A DNA stretch of 64,000 bases, from the IMG/VR virus record IMGVR_UViG_3300008259_003073; one strand, 5' to 3'. A program made the translations under genes and the position numbers. Source of the stretch: a virus. Taxonomy: Duplodnaviria; Caudoviricetes. A model generated the notes under the pieces. The model saw only the letters and a list, made by a program, of their open reading frames with translations. It searched no databases and was not told where the DNA came from. Positions 28,723-40,307 of this stretch are shown here, one piece after another (position 1 is the first letter of the stretch; every line of letters begins with the position of its first letter).

Positions 28723-31700
28723 TTATTCTACTTCCAAAATAGGTTCGGAAGAATCTCTACCAGTCTTATTTACTCTTAATGTATTTGGATTAGATGTAAA
28801 TGTTTCAATAGGTGAACTTCCATCCAATGTAGTTGCCGAAGTATTTTTAGAACCTCTAAAGAAACTATTTTGCAATCCTCTTGTTAAATCGGATGTAAAT
28901 TTATTATGTGTTGGTAAATAACCATCTACATTTTTTACTTCTATTATATTACCTTTAACAGTGGGTACGGTAGAACCACTAAATGGTTGTATATTTAATT
29001 TTGTTTCAGTATATGTTTCAATATCCGAAACATAACCACCACGAGGGTCACCCAATCCGTTAGCCGAAGCAGTTATTGCAAATTTCTGTATAATTCTTTC
29101 TTTTTCTTCCGTAACCAATTGTACTCTAACTCTTTCTTTTACTACTCTGTTATCCTTATTAAAATATGTTCTAATTGCGGAGCCACTCTGTGCATAAATA
29201 CCAAACCCAATTGTTTCAAATTCAGTTTGTCCTATAATTTGATTTGAATTTGAACTAACAATTTCACTTACAATTGTAGGGTCTCCCAATTCTGCATCTA
29301 TAGTAATTTCTTTTTGGTAATAATCCGAATTAAAAACAAAATTAGAATTCATATCAATAGTAGAATCCTGTTGATAGTTTTCGGCCAATAAATTATTTAC
29401 CGATGCAGTTGAAATTAATGCTTCATACTGATTATTTTCTGCCGTTAAATTTTGTGATATATTGGCATCTATTAATGTTTCTTTTTGAATATCTTCAAAT
29501 GAAATAACACTAGTATCAGATAATTTTATTTCAGTTTCTTTCTGATAATCATCTGCAGTAGGTTTTTTGTGAACAACTTTACTTCTTTCTAAAAAGTGTG
29601 GTTCTATTAATAGACCAGTGGTTGCTTTAACCCTTGCAGGTAACATTTTCTTTAAATCTTCAAACATAGATTTCTCATATAGTTTGATTAGATTTATATA
29701 AGAATAAATATCTCTATTATCAAATCTTTGGAAATAATAATTTCTTAAATTATCCAATGATTTGTAATTTGGTTTATAATCATCTGATGGGTCCCCAATA
29801 TAATTATCGATATTCAATCCACCAAAAGTTTTGGCAATATCCATATTCAACTCTTTTGTAGGAGAAAAGAATAAACCAACCCTGTTAGAATCGGTTGGAG
29901 ATTGGTCAAATGCCTTTTTAGTTGCTCTACTTTTTATTGATAAATCTACACCGACACTTCCGGATATTTTTTGATTAGTTAGAGTATATTGGTCTTCAAA
30001 TCTAATCTTATTAGTTGAGAACCTACTCGCTCCACCATCTGGATATTCCATCACAATCGTTCTATCAATTACTTCAAATTGGAATGGGTATTCACTTACA
30101 GATGGAAAACCAATTGCTGATGCGGATAATAATGGTGTAAGGTTTACTGAATATAATGAAGCGGTAGTTCCGTTTTCATAATGATTTCTAGTCAAACCAT
30201 TTTCAAAATAAATGTTAGTATCAACATTTATTAACGAAGATGTTTCTGCTAAATTTTTAGGATATTCAAAATCTAAACGGAAATATAAATCATCGGTTGA
30301 AGATGAAACACTATTTCCATTAATCATTTCAGGGAATGAAACGTGTTCGTAGAATTTTTCAGTATCCAATACTTCAGACCATAAACGAAATTCATCCACA
30401 CTACCAATATAGTTTCCACCCAATTTAATCGTAGAACCATTATTCCAATTTGTATAATTAGAAGATGATATTGATTCTTGGAATATAGTTCTTTCTTTAT
30501 CGGCTTGTCTTACATCTAATTTTAATCCAGCGGAACCACTACTTACGGATATACCAAAAAACTTACCATTAAATATTGGTAATGTTGAAGTTTCTATTGA
30601 TAGTGAACCACTATAATTAAATTTAACTTTACCATAATCACTATTTGTAGAACCACTTAAATTTACATTCCAACCACTACCACTTATTAAAGTATATTGG
30701 GATGATTCTAATGGTTTTACAAATAACTCAATCGTATTTGGTTTAAGACTAGAAGTATTATTTGTTTGTTTCCACTCCATCTCTATTGATGAAGTTAATG
30801 TCATATTAAGACCTGTAGTGATATTATCTAATACCAACTTACTTTTGGATGTATCACCTACTTCAGGACCTCCAAATTCTAAAATTGAAAGATTAGATGA
30901 TGGAATTCCATAACATGCCATTAAAGCATGTATACCTCTTCTAGTACCTTTATGTTTAAGTAAATATGGTAAGTTGTTTACAATTCTTCTCCAAACTTCG
31001 TTAGTTCTTTGTTTTGCTGGGTTTGATTCCCTATCATTACCTTCTTTATCTTTACCAAACACATAACTCCACAAATCAGCATCTGCTGCTAAATTTTTAG
31101 CGTCCCAACTAAATGATTTTAATGTATCAAAAAGTAATTTGTCAGAAATACCATCTTTCGATTTATATCCTAATCCCCTACTTTTTTCAATTGATTTGGT
31201 ATGGAAATAGATATTATCAAAATGATGTCCAATCATTGAAAAGAATAATAATAAACTTTCATTTTCATTATTATTAACAATGTATTGAGGTATATTGTTT
31301 AATACATAATTTGAATTATTGGCATCATATATATTTGCAAGTTCTTCTATATTACTGTACCAATTAGAAACTTCATTAGATGTACTCAATCTTCGAGTCG
31401 CTCCGTTATAAGGCCAACTTAAAGAAGATGATGTGTATAAGAATTTTTCAAATCCATCAAATCCGTTTACTAATTGATTTTTCTTTAATTGTTGTCTTTC
31501 TGCTTCCTGTATAGATGGTAACGAACCACTATGTGCCTGTGATGCGTTAGCTGCTGCTAAAGCAGTTTCATACACTTCAATGAGTTGAACTTTATAAACA
31601 AAATTAGCAATACGTTCATTTGCAGAACTAAAATGAACAAAATTTTCCCATAAATAAGTAGAACCAGATGAGTATTCGATATTTAATTCATCCGTAGTTA

Positions 31701-33699
31701 TTAACGATGAACTTAAATATAGTGATATTAACTCATTAGAAGATGTAGAACTATCTAGTATTATATTATCTAATGATTCATAATTAGTAGATTGTCCTTT
31801 TACAAAATCTACATCAATTGTAAAATTAGGTCCTTTTATTGGTGGACAACTTACATCATTATTTTCCGTTAATACAACCGTTTCAATTAAAGGATTACTC
31901 ATTAATTTTGTAATCCAGAATGTTGAATTATTCTGTATATTAGCAGGTAATGGTGAATATAATTTTAATATAATTGAATTAACAACATCATTTGGAGCAA
32001 CAAACGTATTACCTAAATTATCCGTAGATTTTTTAGATAATGTAAAATCATCGGTTTCCCATGATGAAATTATAATTTGTTCATCGTTTCCAAAATTAGC
32101 AAGGTGAGTTAAATACTTACTTTCTTTTGAAGGTTCATCAATTTTTAATTTTTCAGAAAAAGCATTAAATAAAGCGTTAGTAATTATATCTTCATTTAAT
32201 GAAAGTGTTGGAAGTGTTAATTTTGTCAACACTTCGTATTCATTACCAATTAACTCCTCTGCTCCACTTCGATTATATGGTTTTAGTATTAATGTTATAT
32301 TGTCACTACCAACCCAATTTGGATAATTTTCTCTTAATTTTTTAAGATTAATTTTTATAGAACCGTTTGGTGGTTGATTACTTAATAATCCAATTTTACT
32401 GCCATCTTTTTGTTTTAACCAAACATCAACCGATGAAACTGCAAAAGAGGAATATGAAACTTCATAATCAATGTTAAAATCAGAAAATGATGGTACATCA
32501 ATTGATTCTGCATATATAACCTCCGTAATAGCAGGGAAATCATTTATTGCAGTAAATGTTACAATTGCTTCTACTCTAGTGCCTGTTCCGAATTTATTAC
32601 TGGTTGGAACAAAAAATATCTTTTTAGAACCGTAAACCTCATTGAAATCTTTTTGAAAGAATAAGGTTACTTCTTTATCTGAAGCTGGAATTTCTAAAAC
32701 TTTATCAGCTGAAAGATATACTAAAACAGAATCTGCAAATTCAGTATTAAATGGAATTGCTATACTTTTTTCTGTATCAGAATCTTTTACGTTAACATTA
32801 TATTGTATTTGATTTAATACTACTACAGGTGCTTCTGATTTAACTTCTTTTTCCGCTTCGATTACAACTCCTAATCCAGAATTTAGTAATGATGCTGGTA
32901 ATTGGAATGCATAATTTTGTTTTGTTAATCTATCGTAATTAACTGAATCTGAACCAAATTGTTGAGTAGTTCCTGAATATATGTTTTTAATAAAAATGCC
33001 ATCGGGTACATTACCTTTAATTTCAAAATTAACAACAGCACTATCTAAAACATTTTTAGGTATACTTCCAATCTGATTATTAGATAATTGCAATTCTCCA
33101 TCTACACCTATGTTACCTTCAAATACAATTTGATATTTTAAACTTAAAGTAGTTAATTCTTTTATATTTGAATCAAACAAAATTTCATATCCAACCATCG
33201 GATTATCAACGGTTACCACATCTGCAGGAGGTGGAGGTGGAGTTTGTGTTCGTCTTGCTACTTCTGTTTTAAATCTTAAACTTATAGTTCCAAAATTGAA
33301 ATTTTGAGTTTGTTGTTCTTCCCATACATCATCTATTAATGAGTATTCAGTTACACCAATTCCTTCAACTATTTCATTTGCATATTGTAGTTGTTTGGTA
33401 TTAATTATAAATTTAGATAATACTTTACCATTATCTAAATTTGCAGTATAAGTTTTGGGACCATTAAATTGTAAAGATGAATTATATACAATATCAACAG
33501 ATTTACCATATCCAGTAGATACACCTTCTTCAAAAAACTCTAAATCATTAGTTTCACTTACTAAATAAATTTTTAAACTAGAGGGAGGACTACTTGGTCT
33601 ATATGTGGGGGCATTAAAAGGAGCCTCTCCATTGCTAGATGGGATTCCTGCGTTATTAGTAAAATCAGGATAGGAGTATAGACCGTTTTGTTCTGCCAT
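28723..33699 (-). CDS. Large baseplate wedge protein (gp7/P2 gpI-like motif) with LamG domain
   Basis: LPYLLKHKGTRRGIHALMACYG (K-G-T motif of gpI/gp7 family); YIGSVDEFRLWSEVL LamG motif; variant late motif 33717-33725. Confidence 0.65.
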   Translation of the reverse strand: MAEQNGLYSYPDFTNNAGIPSSNGEAPFNAPTYRPSSPPSSLKIYLVSETNDLEFFEEGVSTGYGKSVDIVYNSSLQFNGPKTYTANLDNGKVLSKFIINTKQLQYANEIVEGIGVTEYSLIDDVWEEQQTQNFNFGTISLRFKTEVARRTQTPPPPPADVVTVDNPMVGYEILFDSNIKELTTLSLKYQIVFEGNIGVDGELQLSNNQIGSIPKNVLDSAVVNFEIKGNVPDGIFIKNIYSGTTQQFGSDSVNYDRLTKQNYAFQLPASLLNSGLGVVIEAEKEVKSEAPVVVLNQIQYNVNVKDSDTEKSIAIPFNTEFADSVLVYLSADKVLEIPASDKEVTLFFQKDFNEVYGSKKIFFVPTSNKFGTGTRVEAIVTFTAINDFPAITEVIYAESIDVPSFSDFNIDYEVSYSSFAVSSVDVWLKQKDGSKIGLLSNQPPNGSIKINLKKLRENYPNWVGSDNITLILKPYNRSGAEELIGNEYEVLTKLTLPTLSLNEDIITNALFNAFSEKLKIDEPSKESKYLTHLANFGNDEQIIISSWETDDFTLSKKSTDNLGNTFVAPNDVVNSIILKLYSPLPANIQNNSTFWITKLMSNPLIETVVLTENNDVSCPPIKGPNFTIDVDFVKGQSTNYESLDNIILDSSTSSNELISLYLSSSLITTDELNIEYSSGSTYLWENFVHFSSANERIANFVYKVQLIEVYETALAAANASQAHSGSLPSIQEAERQQLKKNQLVNGFDGFEKFLYTSSSLSWPYNGATRRLSTSNEVSNWYSNIEELANIYDANNSNYVLNNIPQYIVNNNENESLLLFFSMIGHHFDNIYFHTKSIEKSRGLGYKSKDGISDKLLFDTLKSFSWDAKNLAADADLWSYVFGKDKEGNDRESNPAKQRTNEVWRRIVNNLPYLLKHKGTRRGIHALMACYGIPSSNLSILEFGGPEVGDTSKSKLVLDNITTGLNMTLTSSIEMEWKQTNNTSSLKPNTIELFVKPLESSQYTLISGSGWNVNLSGSTNSDYGKVKFNYSGSLSIETSTLPIFNGKFFGISVSSGSAGLKLDVRQADKERTIFQESISSSNYTNWNNGSTIKLGGNYIGSVDEFRLWSEVLDTEKFYEHVSFPEMINGNSVSSSTDDLYFRLDFEYPKNLAETSSLINVDTNIYFENGLTRNHYENGTTASLYSVNLTPLLSASAIGFPSVSEYPFQFEVIDRTIVMEYPDGGASRFSTNKIRFEDQYTLTNQKISGSVGVDLSIKSRATKKAFDQSPTDSNRVGLFFSPTKELNMDIAKTFGGLNIDNYIGDPSDDYKPNYKSLDNLRNYYFQRFDNRDIYSYINLIKLYEKSMFEDLKKMLPARVKATTGLLIEPHFLERSKVVHKKPTADDYQKETEIKLSDTSVISFEDIQKETLIDANISQNLTAENNQYEALISTASVNNLLAENYQQDSTIDMNSNFVFNSDYYQKEITIDAELGDPTIVSEIVSSNSNQIIGQTEFETIGFGIYAQSGSAIRTYFNKDNRVVKERVRVQLVTEEKERIIQKFAITASANGLGDPRGGYVSDIETYTETKLNIQPFSGSTVPTVKGNIIEVKNVDGYLPTHNKFTSDLTRGLQNSFFRGSKNTSATTLDGSSPIETFTSNPNTLRVNKTGRDSSEPILEVE

Positions 33700-33732
33700 C
33701 GATTACTTTTGTTTTATATAAGTATTTTAATA

Positions 33733-35037
33733 TTATTTTATTGCCCCACGAGGTCTTTTAGTTGTTACCAATCCAGCTGCTTCATCTCTAAACGAAATTT
33801 CACCAGGTGTGAACACATCAACAGTTCCTTCACCCATTGTTACAGTTTGTTCACCAGTTCCTCCGCCTGTTGTTACAACTGGTGGTTCAAAAACAGGCTC
33901 TGGCATTGTTACAGGAGCCTTCTCTTCTACTACAGGTATTTTCGGAGGAGGTTGTAATGCAGGTGGTTGTGGTGGTATAACTTCAACTGGTGTGGGTGGA
34001 GTTACATTTGAGATACCTTCAAATGATACTGCTACCAATTCTGGGGAATACACATTTCTTACAATTTCTACTTTAGTATCATAAGCTTCCACTAAATTTT
34101 GAATTTCTTTTTTAACTTCTTCTACTCCAAATTCAATAGGTAACTTTTCATATTTTACAACCCTTCTACTTAATGTTTTTATATTAAATGTTATAGAATT
34201 ATTTAAAATATTTTTTATTTCATTTAATAAATAATTGAAATCATATTGTTCACAATCATCAAATCGTTTCTCCGATGGAGAACCAAATGTAGATTGAGCA
34301 ATATCATAATTTTTATTGTTTAACCAATAATTAACACTATCTCTGAAATCTGTAAATATTTTAGTTTTAAATGCATTAAAGTTACTTAATCCAAAATCTT
34401 TTTTAAGAACTGATTGAAAATCATTTCCAAATTTTGCTGTCAATGCATCATCTATAGATTGTAAAGATGTTCTTTCAAACGAATCCAATCCATCTAATAT
34501 ATTTTTTTTATAGTATTTAAAATCTCTATTTAGATTGTTTAAGTTTAAAAATTGTTTAGTATTAGTTGCGTTTATTTCAGGACTGTTAGTTTTTAATGGT
34601 ATAATACGAAGTTCTGCTCTTGATGGGGATATTTCATGTATCCAAACTCTTTCTAGTTCGTTTTCACTACCAATTCTACTACGAACAAAGTTTATATTAA
34701 CTTTAAGGATTCCGTTTGTAAATCCTAAATCATTCAATAATTTTTCAATATTAATAGCAAGTTCTTTTTTACCTAATGTATTAGTAAGTGAATACATATA
34801 TGAACCTATATTATTTTTTTTTATATATGCTACATTTTTTCCTGATTTTTGGGGTAAGAGTATATTGTTAATATCATATACAGATACTTCCATTACATCA
34901 TATTTACATTCACCAAATTCGGCTTCCTCTGTTTGATTTTTAGTAACAATAAATAAATCTTCAGCAACGAGAAATTGTCCTTCATTGGTTGAATTTGAAT
35001 TTATGCTATCAAAATTTGTATATTTTCTAATACTCAT
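33733..35037 (-). CDS. Hypothetical structural protein
   Basis: 434 aa in baseplate operon, Pro-rich C-terminal linker. Confidence 0.55.
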   Translation of the reverse strand: MSIRKYTNFDSINSNSTNEGQFLVAEDLFIVTKNQTEEAEFGECKYDVMEVSVYDINNILLPQKSGKNVAYIKKNNIGSYMYSLTNTLGKKELAINIEKLLNDLGFTNGILKVNINFVRSRIGSENELERVWIHEISPSRAELRIIPLKTNSPEINATNTKQFLNLNNLNRDFKYYKKNILDGLDSFERTSLQSIDDALTAKFGNDFQSVLKKDFGLSNFNAFKTKIFTDFRDSVNYWLNNKNYDIAQSTFGSPSEKRFDDCEQYDFNYLLNEIKNILNNSITFNIKTLSRRVVKYEKLPIEFGVEEVKKEIQNLVEAYDTKVEIVRNVYSPELVAVSFEGISNVTPPTPVEVIPPQPPALQPPPKIPVVEEKAPVTMPEPVFEPPVVTTGGGTGEQTVTMGEGTVDVFTPGEISFRDEAAGLVTTKRPRGAIK

Positions 35038-35047
35038 AATTTATATA

Positions 35048-36196
35048 TTAATACGAACCCGGATTTGCTTTTACAATATTACATGGGTATTCTTTAAATT
35101 CAGTTGTACCATCTTTTTTAGTTGCAATAACTTTTATAGTTCCTTTATATTCGGTAGTAGACCCCCAACCAATAAATTTGGATTCGGATTCAGCACTTTT
35201 TGGTACTGCGTTAGCTTTTATTTTAAATTCTATAGTTTCATTTCCACCACCAGCTAAATCAAAATTATTCTTTGGTATAATTAACCAATTCCAATTGTTT
35301 GCCAATTTAACTTGAAATGTTATGTTTACAGGTTGAGTATCGTTGTTTGTTATAGCCAATTGACCACCTGCTTCCCATTTAGTTGCATTGTAATCTTTTG
35401 CATTAATTTTACCAGCTAATCCCTTTGTTATATCAGTTCTAGTTGTTGCGCCTGACCACTTAATGATTGTGGTTTTAACTAAAATATCACCACCACTTGC
35501 TAATGCGGTATTGGATGCAGATTGTTGTATGGCCTGTTGTTGTTGAACTGCTCCTAATTGAGATTGTAATCCTTCAATTATGGAATTCAACGAATCAATT
35601 TGTTTAATTAGGGCTTCAATTTGTGCTTTAAATCCTGCATTTTGAGATTGTAATGATGCTCTTAAAATGGATTCATCTACTGATTTTTGTACTGCAGATT
35701 GTATCTGTGTTGCAAATTGTTCAATCACTTTTGATAACGCATCCAACTGATTAGCCAATATATCATTGGTTTGCTCTATTGCTAATCTTTTATTAGTTTC
35801 AGATAACACTTGTGATGTTAAAGTGTTGATTTCAGCATTTAAAACTTCAATATCCGTTGTTAATTTTTGAACCTGTTTTCTTAAATCCGCATTAGTAAGA
35901 ACTTCAGCGTCGTATAATGGTTTAGGTACTAAATCAAGATTTACTGTAGGGATATTTGGTTTTAATTCCTTAACTTCAGTATCAATTGCTTTTAAAAGTT
36001 CAACATCATCTAATTTAGATTTAACCAATGGTTTGAATATCAAAGATGATGCGATATTATCTTCACTAACTACGGTTACACCATATTCATTTTTAGAAAC
36101 AGCAGCAGACCCTGATACTTTTAGAATGTTTTCTAAATCAGTGTTTCTTTTTTCTTCTAATTTTAATGCAATTGCTTCTAATGATGTTAATGCCAT
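35048..36196 (-). CDS. Coiled-coil structural protein with C-terminal Ig-like domain
   Basis: Long heptad region aa ~90-230, then beta-rich tail. Confidence 0.55.
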   Translation of the reverse strand: MALTSLEAIALKLEEKRNTDLENILKVSGSAAVSKNEYGVTVVSEDNIASSLIFKPLVKSKLDDVELLKAIDTEVKELKPNIPTVNLDLVPKPLYDAEVLTNADLRKQVQKLTTDIEVLNAEINTLTSQVLSETNKRLAIEQTNDILANQLDALSKVIEQFATQIQSAVQKSVDESILRASLQSQNAGFKAQIEALIKQIDSLNSIIEGLQSQLGAVQQQQAIQQSASNTALASGGDILVKTTIIKWSGATTRTDITKGLAGKINAKDYNATKWEAGGQLAITNNDTQPVNITFQVKLANNWNWLIIPKNNFDLAGGGNETIEFKIKANAVPKSAESESKFIGWGSTTEYKGTIKVIATKKDGTTEFKEYPCNIVKANPGSY

Positions 36197-36198
36197 TG

Positions 36199-37260
36199 TT
36201 ATACTATTTGAAATGTTAATTTATCATCAATTATAGTAGATATTTCACCATCAATTATTTTTAATTTTAATCGGTATGTTCTATACAATGGTAATGTATT
36301 TAAATCTAAAATAAAATAATTAGATGTGTTATCACATGAAATTTTAGTGTATTCTCCAAATGGAAATATAACATCGTTTGTGATATAATCTTCTAATTGA
36401 TAATATGATGTTGTAGGTAAATACTTTGATTGGTCGTATTCAAATGTTGTTGAAAATGACTTTAAAGGAAACATATCTCTACCTTTAATTCTAATTTTTA
36501 TTCTACTATCTTTAGTATATTCCGTTTTTAAATTGGTAATAACTACCTTATAATCATCTTCAGCATAGCCAGTTACTGGTAATAAACTTCCAGTTGCAAA
36601 GGATGTGTCATTCCAAACTACCTCTAATTTTGGTTCATATATCGTATTGGTTTCTTTAGAAAAGAATTTTAATACACCATAATCTAATGTATTTTCTTCG
36701 TTTTCTAATCCATGATGTACGATAAACCCATTATTTGGTATAGAACCACTTAACCATCCATTAACTATACCTGTCACATTGATTCTAATATCTGCATCTT
36801 CGTAGTTGTAAGATTGAGATGCCTGTGATGCCGTATACCATGTACCACCTTCCGCATTTGCAGAACCAGTTGTACCCGGTGTAAACACTGCGGTTCCTGC
36901 CGTAACATTATCTTGCCAAGTATTAACACCATTTCTGTATTTCCAACTTACACCATCTGATGTAATGTTATCGAATTTAGTACCAGTACCCATTGACCAA
37001 CTCTGTGATATTGCGTTAGCGTGTATCGTATATTCTAAAGGAATTTCTTCCGCTTGGGAGGATTTTAGATTTAAATATACAATAGAACCACTTGGGATTC
37101 CCATATTAGCTACATCAAATTTTATTAAAGTTCTAGCTATATCTTTACTAGAACCATAATACAATTTACCAACCTCTAATATCTCATCTCTACCTGCATT
37201 TTGGTCTGGTTGTTGTAAGTAAATACTGGCATCGAACGATGATGTGAATAATTTATGCAT
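36199..37260 (-). CDS. DNRLRE-like domain structural protein
   Basis: RTLIKFD, QSWSMGTG..W, INVTGIVNGWL..NNGFIV, FFSKET..PKLEVVW. Confidence 0.6.
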   Translation of the reverse strand: MHKLFTSSFDASIYLQQPDQNAGRDEILEVGKLYYGSSKDIARTLIKFDVANMGIPSGSIVYLNLKSSQAEEIPLEYTIHANAISQSWSMGTGTKFDNITSDGVSWKYRNGVNTWQDNVTAGTAVFTPGTTGSANAEGGTWYTASQASQSYNYEDADIRINVTGIVNGWLSGSIPNNGFIVHHGLENEENTLDYGVLKFFSKETNTIYEPKLEVVWNDTSFATGSLLPVTGYAEDDYKVVITNLKTEYTKDSRIKIRIKGRDMFPLKSFSTTFEYDQSKYLPTTSYYQLEDYITNDVIFPFGEYTKISCDNTSNYFILDLNTLPLYRTYRLKLKIIDGEISTIIDDKLTFQIV

Positions 37261-37261
37261 A

Positions 37262-39289
37262 TTATAAAGCTCTTCCTTTTATATCTTTGTTAGGGTATCT
37301 TACTTCGAAAACACAAGGGTCTAATGATGGGTATACCACTTTACCTCTAGTTGCTTCATCGATATTGTATTTATTTGGTGAATAATTTCCATCTCCACCA
37401 CATAAGTTTGAAATCTTAACAGATGGAACACTCATGACTCCTTCTACATTTGCAAGTATTAATTCTAATTCAGAAATGTTTATTGGTTTATTGAATGTCC
37501 AATTATCTATATTAAAATAATCTTGTATTTTAACTAAACAATTAGCAACCACTTCTCTTTTATTGTAATTTGAATAACATATTACATCAAAGTCAACACC
37601 TATGTTTACAATGAATCCATCAATCATATTTACCGCATCGGTAATCAATCGATATTCACCTAAATAAGTTTTAAGATTTTGTTTAACTGCTTGATTTAAA
37701 TTTACCAAATGTTTGTTAGAATCATACCCCAAAACATACATATTGATAGCAAATGGATTATTTACTTCATTTAATGATGATTTTTTAGTTGAAAGGTATT
37801 TAATTAATTGTCCTTGAATATCCGATTTACTCATACCCTTAAATCCATCTACTAAATTAGTAAATTCTGCAATAGATGCTGGGCTAGATAAAATAGATGC
37901 AGGTGAATTGTTGTCTATCTCTCCATCTTGAGATACATACACCTTCGCAACTGAACCATATCTTTCTGGCAATGATAATGCTCTTACTATATAATCCTGT
38001 TTAGTTACTGCTCTGTTTTGTGAACCAAATGTTGCTAAAGCGTTTTGTCTGATTTCTTCAATAGATTCTGCCCCTCTACCACCTATTGCAGGTTCTAAAT
38101 TTTCTACTGCAATTGATGATTTGAATGAGTTATACATACCAACAATGTCCGTTGGGATAGCCAGTAAATCATCATCGAATTCAATTTTTTGAATTTTTGT
38201 TAAATCACCAACATTAACATTTGATGCAATTCCTCCACCTGTTAAGTATTTTATACTCAACACTTGCCCAGCAGGTGCTATGCCAAATGTGTTTGTTTTT
38301 AAAAAGTTAGATGGGTCAATTCCTTGATTCAATCTATTAATAGAATTTGCCAAACCTAATCCTATATTTTTTGTATTAGGTAGTATTTGCTCATCTCTTA
38401 AATTAACATCACCACTACCAAATTGTATTTCAGTTGTATTATCCGAATTAATTTTTACAGAAAATCTACGAGGTACTTTTTGTACTTCTAAAATATATGG
38501 TACTGAACCAGAATACTGTGATAAATCATTCACATTGGGTTGTTCTACAAATATACTTTCTTGAGCCAAATATGGAACTTCATAATATCTGTTGTTATTG
38601 GAATCAGTTATTGATACTATTTGTATGATATTAGTTTCGGATAATTGAATAGATGGGTAATCAGTATCACTACCCAATGTAATAGCAGTAGTATTTTCTT
38701 TAGCTGAAATGGCTTTAATTTTTTTGGATACTAAATATTGAGTAGGGGTACCAGTTGTAGCATCCCTTTCGTATACTTCAATTGTTCTATCCGTTGGATT
38801 TTCAAAATCGATTGCATCGGTAGTTATAAAAGATACATTACTATTTGTGGAGGATTGTACCTCAAATCCAGCTTTTATTTTAAAATAAAATCTACTATCT
38901 GCGGAATAATTAACACCACCATTTTCAACTTCAAAAACCGATGGTATTAATTGATAAACAGTCAGTGTGGTTATAGCGGGTGAAGTTACTTTAGGTTTAT
39001 ATCCCATAGATTGAGCCAATGAAACCACATTTTTACGTTCCGTAGCATGGGATAACATTGATTCTTTTAATTGAGTATCTTGGTAAAATGAAAGAACATC
39101 TCCAATTGCAGCAGCCTGTTCAATAAACACCATACCAGGTGATGCTTCATTAAAATCTGAATATGTATTTGGGAAATAGGTTTTAGTAAAATCTATTAAA
39201 TTTTGCTTAAACGTGGCAAAATCTTTACCAATGTAATTGATGTTTTTAGTATCACTACCCCAACTTTTGTTTGATGGATTAATTGCCAT
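37262..39289 (-). CDS. Baseplate wedge subunit (T4 gp6 / baseplate J-like)
   Basis: YIGKDFATFKQNL, DFNEASPGMVFIE, GGRGAESIEEIR..QNRAVTKQDY. Confidence 0.88.
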   Translation of the reverse strand: MAINPSNKSWGSDTKNINYIGKDFATFKQNLIDFTKTYFPNTYSDFNEASPGMVFIEQAAAIGDVLSFYQDTQLKESMLSHATERKNVVSLAQSMGYKPKVTSPAITTLTVYQLIPSVFEVENGGVNYSADSRFYFKIKAGFEVQSSTNSNVSFITTDAIDFENPTDRTIEVYERDATTGTPTQYLVSKKIKAISAKENTTAITLGSDTDYPSIQLSETNIIQIVSITDSNNNRYYEVPYLAQESIFVEQPNVNDLSQYSGSVPYILEVQKVPRRFSVKINSDNTTEIQFGSGDVNLRDEQILPNTKNIGLGLANSINRLNQGIDPSNFLKTNTFGIAPAGQVLSIKYLTGGGIASNVNVGDLTKIQKIEFDDDLLAIPTDIVGMYNSFKSSIAVENLEPAIGGRGAESIEEIRQNALATFGSQNRAVTKQDYIVRALSLPERYGSVAKVYVSQDGEIDNNSPASILSSPASIAEFTNLVDGFKGMSKSDIQGQLIKYLSTKKSSLNEVNNPFAINMYVLGYDSNKHLVNLNQAVKQNLKTYLGEYRLITDAVNMIDGFIVNIGVDFDVICYSNYNKREVVANCLVKIQDYFNIDNWTFNKPINISELELILANVEGVMSVPSVKISNLCGGDGNYSPNKYNIDEATRGKVVYPSLDPCVFEVRYPNKDIKGRAL

Positions 39290-39291
39290 TA

Positions 39292-39729
39292 CTAATTATT
39301 TATGTTTATTTGTACTGATTCTGTTAAATTTGGATTTGATGCTAAAGAAAATTGAATGTCCAATGATATTCTGTTTGTATCAATATCATTATCATCGTAA
39401 TCAAATACTATTGAAGTTAAACTTAAATATGGTAACCAAGTATCAACTGCATCTACAATAGATGTTTCAATTCTTGACTCAATAGTAGCACCGTCCATCT
39501 GTTCAAATAACACCAACCAAACATCACACCCAAATTCAGGATTCATTAATCTTTCTCCTTTTTTTGTTAGGATTAGGTTTTTTAAATTATCTTTTGCTTG
39601 AGTTAGAGTAGTATAATTTGTAGAAAATACACCATTAGAATTTGAAGATTTGTTTATCCCAATTCCTAATACTTTATAATCATTTTCAGCTAAATCCGCT
39701 ACTTTTACATTACCTAACTCTATTGCCAT
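39292..39729 (-). CDS. Baseplate wedge subunit (gp25/GPW-like)
   Basis: QAKDNLKNLILTKKGERLMNPEFGC. Confidence 0.9.
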   Translation of the reverse strand: MAIELGNVKVADLAENDYKVLGIGINKSSNSNGVFSTNYTTLTQAKDNLKNLILTKKGERLMNPEFGCDVWLVLFEQMDGATIESRIETSIVDAVDTWLPYLSLTSIVFDYDDNDIDTNRISLDIQFSLASNPNLTESVQININN

Positions 39730-40253
39730 TATTTAAATCTTTTTACTAATTCTGAATAATCTCTTGATAATGCCTTTATTGTAGCATCTTGTAATCCATC
39801 ACCCGTAGATTCAAAGTTTGGAACATTAGATGGTACATTTACCTCTCTAAAATCCATAGTTTCCCATTCACTCTCATCAACTCTTAATTCAGGTTTAATC
39901 ATATCTAATACACTCCCAACTGCTTGAGCACCTTCCTTACGTTGTTCTGATGAAAATGGTTGGGTCATATTTAGAATCTCATTTATCATCGGGTCTTTTG
40001 AAAATTCCTTTTTGATTTGAGGTTTTTGTTGAGGTTGTACCACCTTTCTACTTTGTTGTAAAGCATTATTCGCAGCTGCAAATGGGTCTACTGATTTAAT
40101 AGCCTCCTTTAAAGTAGGTGCGGTTGATGCTTTAGGTAAATTTGGAGTAACTGCACCAGATTTGATAAGTTTAGCAACTTCCTCTTTTACTTGTGCTTTT
40201 ACTTCATTCTTAACCACTTCTTTAATTAGTGATACTAAAATGTCTGATTTCAT
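39729..40253 (-). CDS. Hypothetical protein
   Basis: 174 aa; late-like motif ATATTTATT at 40276-40284. Confidence 0.65.
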   Translation of the reverse strand: MKSDILVSLIKEVVKNEVKAQVKEEVAKLIKSGAVTPNLPKASTAPTLKEAIKSVDPFAAANNALQQSRKVVQPQQKPQIKKEFSKDPMINEILNMTQPFSSEQRKEGAQAVGSVLDMIKPELRVDESEWETMDFREVNVPSNVPNFESTGDGLQDATIKALSRDYSELVKRFK

Positions 40254-40307
40254 AAAAATTATTGTTCTGTTTGTTAATAAATATAATAAGTTAAAATTTA
40301 CACCGAT

